Positions 47,066 through 56,404 of a stretch of 64,000 bases of DNA are shown in pieces (within the stretch, counting starts at the first letter, position 1; every line of letters starts with the position of its first letter). The translations under genes and the position numbers were made by a program. Origin of the DNA: a virus; UHGV virus genome UHGV-0033085. One strand, given 5' to 3'. The notes under the pieces were generated by a model. The model searched no databases and had not been told where the DNA came from. It was given only the letters and a program-made list of their open reading frames with translations.

Positions 47066-47335
47066 CTACTCCATGCTTTTCAGACGATCAGCAGCTCGTT
47101 TCAGCTTGTCGTTCGGTGCCGGAGGATTGCTTATAGCGTCCATAACCAGATTCCAGGATTCTTCATTCAGAACTAGTCTACGGTGTTGCTCTATAACTTT
47201 CACGGCACGTTCAGATGCACTGCTAACCATAAACTGAGTAATGCTCTGGTTAGACATTGCGGCAGCTTCCTCGATGATGCTTTTATCGTCATCGGTTAAT
47301 CTCAAATCGATGCGCTGCTTTTTTAGTGCTGACAT
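47066..47335 (-). CDS. DUF1778-type antitoxin (TacA-like)
   Basis: N-terminal RIDLRLTDDDK...SITQFMVSSA motif; ORF track 47066..47374, ATG 47335 has AGGAGG RBS. Confidence 0.8.
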   Translation of the reverse strand: MSALKKQRIDLRLTDDDKSIIEEAAAMSNQSITQFMVSSASERAVKVIEQHRRLVLNEESWNLVMDAISNPPAPNDKLKRAADRLKSME

Positions 47336-47604
47336 GTATTCCTCCTGATGGCCGTGATGTAGGAAGGCCATCAATCTCCTCTGTTCAAACTGAGTTTTCG
47401 ACTCAAAAATTACTTTAAAAGGCTATAGCCCATTACGTGTGCATTATCAAATTGTGTACGGCATATCACCGTACTTGTAATATAGAGGTCATTGTTACTT
47501 TTTTCAACAGACAAATACAAGCTATGTTTGCCAATTGTTAATCACAACCTACCATTTAACCTTTACACCGCAGCCGTAGGCATTTAGGCTATATCACATA
47601 TAAG

Positions 47605-47619
47605 AAAACAAATTGTTTC
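47605..47619 (+). promoter_or_regulatory. operator palindrome AAAACAaatTGTTTC upstream of parA
   Basis: AAAACA-N3-TGTTTT family; GATAAT 5 nt downstream. Confidence 0.45.
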
Positions 47620-47653
47620 AGACGATAATTATATACGCAAAGGGAACTCTCCA

Positions 47654-48322
47654 ATGACCAAGATCTTTGTGGTTGGCGGCACAAAGGGCGGGCCTGGCAA
47701 ATCCACCGTTGCCCAGCAAATTGCCGTTTGCCTGAAAGTCAAAAAGAAGAAGAAGGTTTATATCACTGATATAGATATTCAGCGCACGACAACGAGCTGG
47801 TGTGAAGACCGTCGACAGAACGAATACCTTGAGCTGATTCCTTTTGCATACGTTCAGGATGACATCATTAAGCACCTAAAATCGCTTCAGGGTAGAGCTG
47901 AGTTTGTAGTGGTAGATGCTGGTGGCTTCGACTCCGAAATTCAGCGACAAGCGATGCTGATGGCCGACGTTATCATTATCCCGCTTCGTCCTAAGCGTCG
48001 TGATTTGAAATCTCTGCGTGACATCGATCCTATTATCGACAATGTTCGCAATGTAAACGATAAAGTGAAGGTCCGCGCGGTCATGAACCAGTGCCCGGCT
48101 TTGCCATCACAAGTGTCTCGCATTCTGGCGGCTAAAGAGATTGTTGAGACGTTTGGAATCGAGTCTGCGCCAGTCAATCTATATAACCGCAACGTCTATG
48201 ATGATGCGGAAGAGTCTGGTCGTTCTATCTTTGAAATGACCGGTAGCGAGCGCGACAAAAAGGCGGAAGCCGAGTTTGAAGAATTTGTAGATTATCTGTT
48301 GAGTCTGGAGGAAGAAGAATAA
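47654..48322 (+). CDS. parA: ParA-family partition ATPase
   Basis: Deviant Walker A GGTKGGPGKST; small type Ib-like ParA. Confidence 0.85.
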   Translation: MTKIFVVGGTKGGPGKSTVAQQIAVCLKVKKKKKVYITDIDIQRTTTSWCEDRRQNEYLELIPFAYVQDDIIKHLKSLQGRAEFVVVDAGGFDSEIQRQAMLMADVIIIPLRPKRRDLKSLRDIDPIIDNVRNVNDKVKVRAVMNQCPALPSQVSRILAAKEIVETFGIESAPVNLYNRNVYDDAEESGRSIFEMTGSERDKKAEAEFEEFVDYLLSLEEEE

Positions 48323-48681
48323 TGTCCATGAAAATGGGTGACCTAGCAAAGCGCAAAGAGCCTGATGCACCGGCTAAGAACACAACTCCTTTGCGCCAAC
48401 CAGTCAGACCACAGGGACGCCCGACTCGTGGCAAAGAGAAAATTAAAAGCCGCACAATGTCACTGGAGGACGAATACTTCGAACTGCTGGAGATGATGAA
48501 GTTCATCCCTCGCTTCGAGAAGTTCACTCGTTCTGACGTGATTCGAGCAGCCATTTTCCATCTGGCAGAGAAGTCACCGCAGGAAATCGAGGACATCGTG
48601 AAATTGAATGAGGCGATCACCGCTGCCGATGTCACGATGCGTACCGATGAAATCAAACGAGAGTTGATGAAGAAAGGTTAA
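48322..48681 (+). CDS. ParG-like partition partner (putative)
   Basis: Small basic protein coupled to parA. Confidence 0.45.
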   Translation: MSMKMGDLAKRKEPDAPAKNTTPLRQPVRPQGRPTRGKEKIKSRTMSLEDEYFELLEMMKFIPRFEKFTRSDVIRAAIFHLAEKSPQEIEDIVKLNEAITAADVTMRTDEIKRELMKKG

Positions 48682-48733
48682 AAATTATGCATTGGCGCAA
48701 TGTACGCGCCAATGCATAACTACAGTGTCAGCT

Positions 48734-49501
48734 TTATGCCGCGCTAACACTATGTTCAGTCCTAACCACCCCAACCTTCACAAAAGGGCTACCGTAGCTT
48801 GGTGGCTTCTTGATTAATTTGCCTACATACAGTTTTCTAATATGCTCATCGGCTATTCTGCCAACAAATTCATAACGTTTTGTGTCGGGGCCAAGAGCTA
48901 TATCCCTTGTAAAGTACTGCTGAGAACCGGCTTTGACCCAGCATTCAATCTGATAAACTTCCATTATCAGCCCACCATATGTAGCGTAGGCATATTTGAG
49001 ATTCTCGTCTCTTGGAACCTTTGCCCATACGCCACGCGTAGCTTCATATAATGCCAGAGCGGACATTCCTGACTTGTAGGTGCTGTTTAGCAGGAAGGCA
49101 AGACCGGCGTGCTCAGGAGCAATTTCAGTTTCCTCTTGCAGCACTAAGTGATGGTAGGCGTCCAGTGATATTCTGCCCATCATGGAACCACTTCCTCGTA
49201 CCTTATTCGTAAGCTCTCCGACCCCCATAAGGTCGATGCATGTCGCCTCAACAAGTTTGGCTGTGGTTTCATCCATACCATGACGAAGTATATCTATGCC
49301 TAATTTTTTATTAGCCAAAAGTTCTTTGATCCGCATGGATTTGGGAGAGTCATCGGGATACTTGATGTGATCGAGACAACGAGTCGATTTGCCTTTTCCT
49401 ATGTAAAACGGTCTTTTCATCTTGTCTTCTGTATCATAGAGACAGTAAACATAGTATTTAGCCTTATCCAATGATCTCGCGTATACCGATAAATCGTCCA
49501 T
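48734..49501 (-). CDS. GIY-YIG nuclease domain protein
   Basis: N-terminal YYVYCLYD...PFYIGKGK motif. Confidence 0.6.
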   Translation of the reverse strand: MDDLSVYARSLDKAKYYVYCLYDTEDKMKRPFYIGKGKSTRCLDHIKYPDDSPKSMRIKELLANKKLGIDILRHGMDETTAKLVEATCIDLMGVGELTNKVRGSGSMMGRISLDAYHHLVLQEETEIAPEHAGLAFLLNSTYKSGMSALALYEATRGVWAKVPRDENLKYAYATYGGLIMEVYQIECWVKAGSQQYFTRDIALGPDTKRYEFVGRIADEHIRKLYVGKLIKKPPSYGSPFVKVGVVRTEHSVSAA

Positions 49502-49612
49502 TATTGCATCTCTTAGCTACTGACTAATGCGTTCTATTTTACACATAAGTTTTTAATCAATTTAACAGGCTCAAAGTGTAGAGCTTCTGGGCGTCTAAGA
49601 CGACAAGTTATG

Positions 49613-49667
49613 CCTGCTTCTGTATATATAAATAATAAGTAACTTATTAAATATATACGGAAGCAGG
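49613..49667. repeat. 55-bp AT-rich palindromic element, copy 2
   Basis: One mismatch to 17416-17470; followed by TCTTTT; in a divergent intergenic region. Confidence 0.7.
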
Positions 49668-49750
49668 TCTTTTAAAAGACACCACCAGAACAACTCCCTT
49701 CCGTTTCCACTTCCAAAAACTGCCACCAGTCGCTATCATCCGCTCATTGT

Positions 49751-49762
49751 GATAAGTAAGTA
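49751..49762 (+). promoter_or_regulatory. TAAGTA box (GATAAGTAAGTA)
   Basis: Consensus copy 22 nt upstream of ATG 49784. Confidence 0.4.
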
Positions 49763-49783
49763 ACTACCTACTAGGTGAGCCAC

Positions 49784-50524
49784 ATGAGCCAAATCTTTTT
49801 CGATACCATCGACAACGACCAGTACGACTTCATGACAGAGTGGAATACCGCTGTTATGGACAAGTGGGTCGCTGAAAACATTGGTTTGTCGCGCTGTAAA
49901 GACGAGGCTGAACTCTTCGAGACGAAGTGGTTTGATTACCGCGACATGCATCCTCTCATGGCCACCTGTCTTTTTACGGAGGCATACAAACGTCAGTACT
50001 CAAATATCATGCTGACGCACGGTCGCGAACACTTTGAAACAGCTCCGTTCACCACCGGGTTAAAACGCCTGCCTTATCAGGAGTTGTCGACTGCCAATAA
50101 AACGTCGCTATGGAAAGCACGCCAGTTTGCGGATCGCTATTGCTGCTCATACGACTACTTTATCTCCACCGTTCTTTCCGCAGCTGCACGACGGCTGTGG
50201 GACAAGCTGCCGCGCCCACAGCATTTGTGGCAGCCAGAACTGATTGAGATATTTGAAGAGAAATTAGCCAGACGCGCAACAACCCGTCTGGATGACTCTC
50301 TTGTTAGCTTTAAGCATATGGGAGACATGCAGTTCAACCCGATTCAGGAAAGCTATTTTGAGTGGATTCTGGAGCGTTTGCGCACCATCCCTCGCAGCAA
50401 GCGCATACGCGCAATTTTCTCCGCTATCTGGCTAATGGAAATCGTTCCAGAGCGCCTTATTTCCGCCCACTTTCCAGAAGAACTGGAAGAAGCACGGCGG
50501 TTTATTGATCCCCTATCTAATTAA
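49784..50524 (+). CDS. hypothetical protein, first gene of replication module
   Basis: ORF track 49775..50524; ATG 49784 after AGGTGA. Confidence 0.5.
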   Translation: MSQIFFDTIDNDQYDFMTEWNTAVMDKWVAENIGLSRCKDEAELFETKWFDYRDMHPLMATCLFTEAYKRQYSNIMLTHGREHFETAPFTTGLKRLPYQELSTANKTSLWKARQFADRYCCSYDYFISTVLSAAARRLWDKLPRPQHLWQPELIEIFEEKLARRATTRLDDSLVSFKHMGDMQFNPIQESYFEWILERLRTIPRSKRIRAIFSAIWLMEIVPERLISAHFPEELEEARRFIDPLSN

Positions 50525-50534
50525 CTAATACTAG

Positions 50535-50549
50535 AAAACAATTTGTTTA
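50535..50549 (+). promoter_or_regulatory. operator palindrome AAAACAattTGTTTA upstream of helicase gene
   Basis: Family member followed by AAGGAAA RBS. Confidence 0.45.
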
Positions 50550-50567
50550 AAAAACAAAGGAAAGCAC

Positions 50568-51908
50568 ATGACCGAACTTTGCCATACAGGACGCGGGCTG
50601 TCCGAAGAGTTTGATGAAGATTTCCAGAACAGACTGACGGCATATTTTTGTCGTGATCACGAGTTTCTTACTCGTGCGGGAGATCTGGTTGTGCCTAGCC
50701 AATTTGCCAATGCGGCCAATGCCATATTGGTTAATATGGTTTCGGGCTATTACCGTATGTACAAGAGCGCGCCCTCTTCATCTGCAATTCTTGATATGCT
50801 TAAGCGTGCGAAACGCGATAAGACTATCCGTGAGGAACTATTCGCCGATGTTGTTGCTGCGTTTAAGCGCATTCTTGCAGAAAAATTGTCCGATACCTCG
50901 TACATGGTTGACCAGGTATCAACCTTCGCAAAAAGTGTAGCGTTTGATGATGCTCTGATTAAGGCTGCTGAACTGAAAGAGAAAGGCGACTTTCAGGGGG
51001 CGATGGCAATCATGGCCAAGGTTCAGCAGATTGGATCGAACGAAGCGACCGGAATCTATGACTACTACACCTCCGCAAGTGAGCGATTGAAAGCGCGTGA
51101 ATATGAGGCTTCAGAGGAGTATGTGCCAAACAGCATTACAACTGGACTCCCTCTGCTCGATAGGTTGCTGTACCAAAAAGGCTGGGCGAAGCGTGAAATG
51201 GTGCTCTTCATGGGGTTCGCTAAATCCGGTAAATCGACTGCAATGGGTGAATTTTCCATAAACGCAACGCTTGCTGGCTACAATGTTCTGTATCTCTCGC
51301 TGGAGGTTCACACCACCATTTTATCCGACCGTTTTGATGCAAGATTGTCGGAGACAGAAATGTCCAAGCTGGTGGAACGGCGCGATGAGGTTCATCGTAA
51401 GTTGGCAGAGTTGGGAGCCACGAAGGGGATTGGTAGTTTGTGGGTGGTTGAGCGTCCGTCAGGAAGTATGTCACCGGCAGATCTGGACCGTATGCTTAAC
51501 AGCATGAAAGCCAACGGCATGGTGCCTGACATGGTTGTTGTCGACTACGCAGATTTGATGCGTGCCAGTTATGACCTTCGTGATGATCGCGCCAACATTC
51601 GTAGTATCTACACCGATTTACGTGCTCTTTATGACAAGCATAACGTTGCTGGGATCACGGCATCGCAGACAAACCGTGAAGGTGGCGCGTCAGAAGTTGC
51701 CACAATGATGCACGCCGCCGACAACATCGAAAAAGTACGTATTGCTGACCTGGTAATAACGATCAACAAAACCGAAGAAGAAGAAGCGAAAGGAGAGGCT
51801 CGTCTCTACTTTGCCGGTTCACGTAACCAGCAGGGAGGGATCAGCATTCGCGTTAAACAAAACCTCGAACAAATGCGCTTCATTGAGCGAATCTTAGACG
51901 TTACCTAA
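50568..51908 (+). CDS. DnaB-like helicase (RecA-fold ATPase)
   Basis: Walker A GFAKSGKST, Walker B VVVDYADLM; upstream of primase. Confidence 0.7.
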   Translation: MTELCHTGRGLSEEFDEDFQNRLTAYFCRDHEFLTRAGDLVVPSQFANAANAILVNMVSGYYRMYKSAPSSSAILDMLKRAKRDKTIREELFADVVAAFKRILAEKLSDTSYMVDQVSTFAKSVAFDDALIKAAELKEKGDFQGAMAIMAKVQQIGSNEATGIYDYYTSASERLKAREYEASEEYVPNSITTGLPLLDRLLYQKGWAKREMVLFMGFAKSGKSTAMGEFSINATLAGYNVLYLSLEVHTTILSDRFDARLSETEMSKLVERRDEVHRKLAELGATKGIGSLWVVERPSGSMSPADLDRMLNSMKANGMVPDMVVVDYADLMRASYDLRDDRANIRSIYTDLRALYDKHNVAGITASQTNREGGASEVATMMHAADNIEKVRIADLVITINKTEEEEAKGEARLYFAGSRNQQGGISIRVKQNLEQMRFIERILDVT

Positions 51909-51914
51909 AAAATA

Positions 51915-51937
51915 AGCGTGGAGAACACCTCCACGCT
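51915..51937 (+). terminator. hairpin AGCGTGGAG-aacac-CTCCACGCT (attenuator or terminator)
   Basis: Perfect 9-bp stem after helicase stop, weak U-run. Confidence 0.4.
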
Positions 51938-51989
51938 TGATTCATTGGTGAAACAACTTTTCTTTTGCCAAACCACAAAAGAAAAACAC

Positions 51990-53171
51990 ATGAGCCTTTA
52001 TGTTATATCAACATTTAGGTTGGTCACAATATTGCCTGTTAAAAGTGGAATTATCGTGAGCGAGCTGAAAGAGCTAATTACCGAATTAGATTTTGAACAA
52101 TGGTTGGATACTGAAGGTATCGTTTATCGACGTGGAGGCGTGAGTACTCGCGGTCGTGAAGTGAATATCAAGGAGTGTCCGGTATGCGGCAGCTCCAACT
52201 GGAAGGTATATTTCAATCTGACCAGTGGCGTCGGTAAATGCTTCGCTGGTGATCATCCCGAAGAGATTCAGTTCAATAAGCTGGTCTTCCTCAAGCACTA
52301 CAGCGGCAAATCACGACGACAGTTCGAGGAATATGTGCAGAACGCCCTTCTTTCCCAGGGGTGGGCACCAAAGAAAGAAGAGCTAGTGCTTGCAAGCACA
52401 GTCGAGTTAGAGGGGCCAGTTGCACTCCCTCGTCATTACGAGCTTCCTATAGATGGCCGTCTTCCAGACTATCTGGTTGAACGAAACATATCGCCTGAAA
52501 TGGCAAAGTATTTTGACCTACGATACTGCGTCGAAGGCAAGCACGCCTATGTAGATCCGTATACAGATCAGGTTAAAGGACAGATATTCGATATGCGAAT
52601 ACTGATACCGGTTTACGATCTGGATGGGGTAATGAAGACATTTCAGGGACGAGACATTACCGGTACAGCTGAACGTCGCTACCTCTTTCCTATGCAGCTT
52701 CCAGCTTCAGGTAAGTTTCTCTACAACGGCCATAATGCGGTCGGCAAACAGACTGTAGTTGTCTGTGAGGGGGCGTTCGATGTTATGGGGGTTAAACGAG
52801 CTATTTTTGATGAAGAAACATTACGTGATTACGTGGAACCGATAGGAACGTTCGGGATGCATCTATCTGGTAACACCACTCAGGATGCAGAAGATCAGTT
52901 AGGCGCGTTCCTGACGCTCAAGGCGCGTGGGTTACGTAATGTGATCATGATGTGGGATAGTGAAAAGCAAGCTATACGCAACACTATGGCCGCAGCCAGG
53001 CGACTGACCAGTATCGGTCTTAATGTCAAAGTTGCGTGTTTGGGGGAGGAAGGACTCGACCCGGGCGGTGCAACGCCAGAACAAATTATCAAAGCCTATT
53101 ATCGGGCAAAACCGTATACCAAACAGTTGGAGTTGCAAAGCAAGGTTTTGGGCATTAAGGCTATATCGTAA
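51990..53171 (+). CDS. DNA primase (zinc-ribbon plus TOPRIM)
   Basis: CPVCGSSNW...C zinc ribbon and VVVCEGAFDVMGV motif; ORF track start 51918 lies inside the hairpin, so ATG 51990 is preferred. Confidence 0.7.
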   Translation: MSLYVISTFRLVTILPVKSGIIVSELKELITELDFEQWLDTEGIVYRRGGVSTRGREVNIKECPVCGSSNWKVYFNLTSGVGKCFAGDHPEEIQFNKLVFLKHYSGKSRRQFEEYVQNALLSQGWAPKKEELVLASTVELEGPVALPRHYELPIDGRLPDYLVERNISPEMAKYFDLRYCVEGKHAYVDPYTDQVKGQIFDMRILIPVYDLDGVMKTFQGRDITGTAERRYLFPMQLPASGKFLYNGHNAVGKQTVVVCEGAFDVMGVKRAIFDEETLRDYVEPIGTFGMHLSGNTTQDAEDQLGAFLTLKARGLRNVIMMWDSEKQAIRNTMAAARRLTSIGLNVKVACLGEEGLDPGGATPEQIIKAYYRAKPYTKQLELQSKVLGIKAIS

Positions 53172-53185
53172 CAAGTGCCGCCAAA

Positions 53186-53206
53186 ATAAGTAGATGATTA
53201 CTTATC
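53186..53206. promoter_or_regulatory. TAAGTA box, palindrome ATAAGTAGATGATTACTTATC
   Basis: Palindromic family member 40 nt upstream of ATG 53247. Confidence 0.4.
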
Positions 53207-53246
53207 TTTCTGTAAGAATACTTTCATCTGTTAGCTAGGAGTTGGT

Positions 53247-54023
53247 ATGAAAGACGAAATTCACAAATTAGCCTGCGACATCATTGATAAAACTGGTTTA
53301 GAAATCAGCGAGAGCAATCGACTAGACATCATTGAAAAAGCGGTAAAAACAGCAATGGATCATATCGCCACTCGTTTGGTTGAGATCCCGCTACCAGGGC
53401 TACCTTATCTGAAAGTTGAGTTACACGTATGGGGTGAACCTTCTTGTGCACGACGTTCTGCATTAGTTGTTTTTATTAGCAAAGAAAACCCGCTCAGTCT
53501 TAAAGTGCAGGTTGGAGCATGGCTTGATGGCAGAGTGATCTACACAAATACCGTTTTTTGTCTTTCAAACGACGAAACTATTGAAGCGGCCATTCAAGAA
53601 GCAGTTCTAGCAATGCGCAGCAGCGGTTTGATGAAGAATAACTACGAAGAGTACTTGCGTTCGATAAGTGGTGAAAAGACATTATCTCTGAAAGCAGATT
53701 TCGTTACCCCGAAAAATCTGTTGGAAGTCTTGCTTAATAAAGGGGCTAATGATGCCGTAAATGTAATCAGAGAGAGTGAGTATGCGTCTCTTTGCGACAT
53801 GTGCAAAAGCCAGTTGGATCTGGTGCATATCGTTATTGATGCTGGGAAGGCATGTGATGGCGTAATGGCGGAATTTGCTTGGAAGGTGGTCAGGATTGCT
53901 AACGAATTACCGATGATAGAGCAAGAGGCTAAATCATACGCCACCAATCATATCACAGAGCTTCTTGCCCCCTATCGCTTAGAAAGCAATCAGCGCAAGA
54001 TGATTAGCTGGGGAAGTTGGTAA
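53247..54023 (+). CDS. hypothetical protein
   Basis: ORF with GGAG RBS. Confidence 0.5.
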   Translation: MKDEIHKLACDIIDKTGLEISESNRLDIIEKAVKTAMDHIATRLVEIPLPGLPYLKVELHVWGEPSCARRSALVVFISKENPLSLKVQVGAWLDGRVIYTNTVFCLSNDETIEAAIQEAVLAMRSSGLMKNNYEEYLRSISGEKTLSLKADFVTPKNLLEVLLNKGANDAVNVIRESEYASLCDMCKSQLDLVHIVIDAGKACDGVMAEFAWKVVRIANELPMIEQEAKSYATNHITELLAPYRLESNQRKMISWGSW

Positions 54024-54055
54024 TCTCTCCGCGCGTCGTTTTTTACGCAAATAAC

Positions 54056-54067
54056 GATAGGTAAGTA
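54056..54067 (+). promoter_or_regulatory. TAAGTA box (GATAGGTAAGTA)
   Basis: Family member 12 nt upstream of ATG 54079. Confidence 0.4.
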
Positions 54068-54078
54068 CAAGATTATTT

Positions 54079-54561
54079 ATGGCGGTAGTTGTGAAAGCTG
54101 ATTTGTCAAAAATCCCCTCTATTTCAGGAAATAATGGTTATTCACTTCGTTGTGAGGAAGTAAAGATAAACGGTGAGTCGGCATATTGCAGCTACTCCGT
54201 TTGCCAGCACACCATTCTTGCCTTCAAAGAAAACCGTCTTCCTCGAACTTCATTCCAGTCGTGCGCAACCGCTATCAAAGCAGGCAAATGCAAGGCGTTA
54301 AAAATGATGGTTGAAGAGATTCGTAAAGGAGAATCTCTGTATTTCGAAGATATGACCGCGCTCATTAAGGAGGTTGAAGAACAGAATAAACAAGCCAGAA
54401 CTTTAAAACGAAAACGTGACAGTGTAACGATTAATAGCATGGTTAAGAAGAGCACCACATCACAAACAGCGATCACTGACGTGTATGCGGCGTTGCTTGA
54501 AGAAACAACAAAAGAAACACATGAGCAAATCGATCAACATATGGAGGTAAAACAACAATGA
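54079..54561 (+). CDS. hypothetical protein
   Basis: ORF track. Confidence 0.5.
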   Translation: MAVVVKADLSKIPSISGNNGYSLRCEEVKINGESAYCSYSVCQHTILAFKENRLPRTSFQSCATAIKAGKCKALKMMVEEIRKGESLYFEDMTALIKEVEEQNKQARTLKRKRDSVTINSMVKKSTTSQTAITDVYAALLEETTKETHEQIDQHMEVKQQ

Positions 54562-55880
54562 AAAAGTTGATCGCACTTAAGCATAAGCTGGACGAAATGA
54601 AAGCTATGGGCACCAATGCAAAAAAAGAGGCATTGGCCAACATGGATGACTTTGAACAAAGCATGGTTTCATTGATGCTCAACCCTTTCATCCGTTTTGG
54701 GGTAAAGAAATACAAAGTGGCAGAGCCGCTTAGTGAGTCCATCCCAAGTGACGAAAAAGCCATTGATGTACTGAATAAGCTGGCCTCTCGCGAGCTAACG
54801 GGGAACGCAGCAATAGCAGCTGTTGAGTCTATCGTGGCGTCAATGTGCGCCGATGGGCAGGACGTGTTCCGTCGTTTCCTCTTAAAAGACCCGAAAGCTG
54901 GCGTTGGGATTAGCCTATGCAACAAGGTTTTTGAAAATCCCATTCCGAAATTCGAGGTGCAGCTGGCGTCACCGTATAAAGAAAAAGGCGACAAATACCC
55001 CTTCAAGCCAAATCCTAAAGCAAAATGGCCGATGATTGGCAGTCTTAAGCTCGATGGTTTGCGAGTAATTTGCGAGGTTATTGTTGACGAGGAAGAGGTT
55101 AACTTCCTTTCTCGTACTGGTAATCCAATCACGTCTCTCGATCACCTAAAGCCAGCCATGCTCGAATTAGGCAAACTTTCAGGCCACAAACACATCTTCT
55201 TCGATGGTGAAGGAACTGCCGGTTCATTTAACCAGTCCGTATCTGCATTGCGCAAAAAGAACGTGCAGGCAATTGGCGCTATTTATCATGTTTTCGACTT
55301 CTTCCTACCGGAATGGCGAGCACAGGCTAAATCCAAAGAGTATGCAAAGACAGGTATGAAGCTGAAAGAGCGCCTGGCTATGCTGGTGGCGTTGTTCAAA
55401 AACGATCGCAGTGAAGGCTACACACAAGACATTCACCTGCATCCGTTCTATATCATCCATAGCCACGAAGACTTCATCGAACGCTTCATGAAACGCCTGG
55501 ACGATAACGAAGAAGGGGAGATGGGCAAAGATCCGAACTCTGTTTACGAGTTTAAACGTACCCGCAGCTGGTGGAAGTTAAAAGACGAAGATTCAGAAGA
55601 TGGTGAAATTATCGACTTTGAGCCGGGCGACCCGGACTCTGGTTTTGCCAACACACTTGGAAAAATTGTTATTCGTCTTGAAAACGGCGTCATCGTTCGT
55701 GCGAGCGGCATTAAGCATAAATATCTGGATGAGATCTGGAACAACAAAGAGAAGTACCGTGGTCGTATTGTCGAGGTTCATTGTCACGAGAAAACACCGG
55801 ACGGCAGCTTACGCCACCCACGACTGAAATGGCCGCGTTGCTTACGCGATACAGAAGATCGAATCGGAGATAAAGAATGA
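54558..55880 (+). CDS. ATP-dependent DNA ligase
   Basis: Adenylation motif I KLDGLR in GSLKLDGLRVICEV. Confidence 0.8.
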   Translation: MKKLIALKHKLDEMKAMGTNAKKEALANMDDFEQSMVSLMLNPFIRFGVKKYKVAEPLSESIPSDEKAIDVLNKLASRELTGNAAIAAVESIVASMCADGQDVFRRFLLKDPKAGVGISLCNKVFENPIPKFEVQLASPYKEKGDKYPFKPNPKAKWPMIGSLKLDGLRVICEVIVDEEEVNFLSRTGNPITSLDHLKPAMLELGKLSGHKHIFFDGEGTAGSFNQSVSALRKKNVQAIGAIYHVFDFFLPEWRAQAKSKEYAKTGMKLKERLAMLVALFKNDRSEGYTQDIHLHPFYIIHSHEDFIERFMKRLDDNEEGEMGKDPNSVYEFKRTRSWWKLKDEDSEDGEIIDFEPGDPDSGFANTLGKIVIRLENGVIVRASGIKHKYLDEIWNNKEKYRGRIVEVHCHEKTPDGSLRHPRLKWPRCLRDTEDRIGDKE

Positions 55881-56056
55881 TGCTCGGCTGGATGATTGCA
55901 TTTTTAGCAGTTGGTTTTTTCATAGGTATTGTGGTGATGTCCAGTTGCATCAATGACTACATTAAAAGCGGTGTTATAGAAAGACGCGGTCGTATTTATC
56001 GCATTGTAGAAATAACCAACACCCTGAAGGAGATTAAGGATGATCGTATTAAGTAA
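55877..56056 (+). CDS. small single-TM membrane protein (59 aa)
   Basis: Not in ORF track; ATGA overlap with ligase stop; paralogous to 56252..56404. Confidence 0.4.
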   Translation: MMLGWMIAFLAVGFFIGIVVMSSCINDYIKSGVIERRGRIYRIVEITNTLKEIKDDRIK

Positions 56057-56255
56057 ACGGGAGAAGGAAACGCTTCATGAAATCAGTAAGTGGCCGGAGT
56101 TCCCTGAGTACTGGAAGCCTAAAACGCGAGCTAAGTTAGAGCGTTTAGGGTTGGTTGCAAACGTTTCTGAAACGTGGTGTTCGGCCAACTACCAGTTAAC
56201 TGATAAAGGGAAAGTATTGCTACAGCAATTAGTAGAATCAGGAGCGTTAAAATGA
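56040..56255 (+). CDS. hypothetical small protein
   Basis: ORF track; GGAG RBS; translationally coupled. Confidence 0.45.
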   Translation: MIVLSKREKETLHEISKWPEFPEYWKPKTRAKLERLGLVANVSETWCSANYQLTDKGKVLLQQLVESGALK

Positions 56256-56404
56256 TTCCATACATCTCATTAGCTTTTATGGGTGGCTTCCTTATCGGCT
56301 TCGGCATCTGTCGTGATTTAATTAAGCAGGAACTTAAAACCAAAACACTGTGCATCGGAAAGCGTGTGTATCGGGTAGTTCATGAAACAAAGGTGAAAAA
56401 ATGA
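56252..56404 (+). CDS. small single-TM membrane protein (50 aa)
   Basis: Not in ORF track; ATGA overlaps at both ends; shares the G(K/R)R(I/V)YR(I/V)V motif with 55877..56056. Confidence 0.4.
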   Translation: MIPYISLAFMGGFLIGFGICRDLIKQELKTKTLCIGKRVYRVVHETKVKK

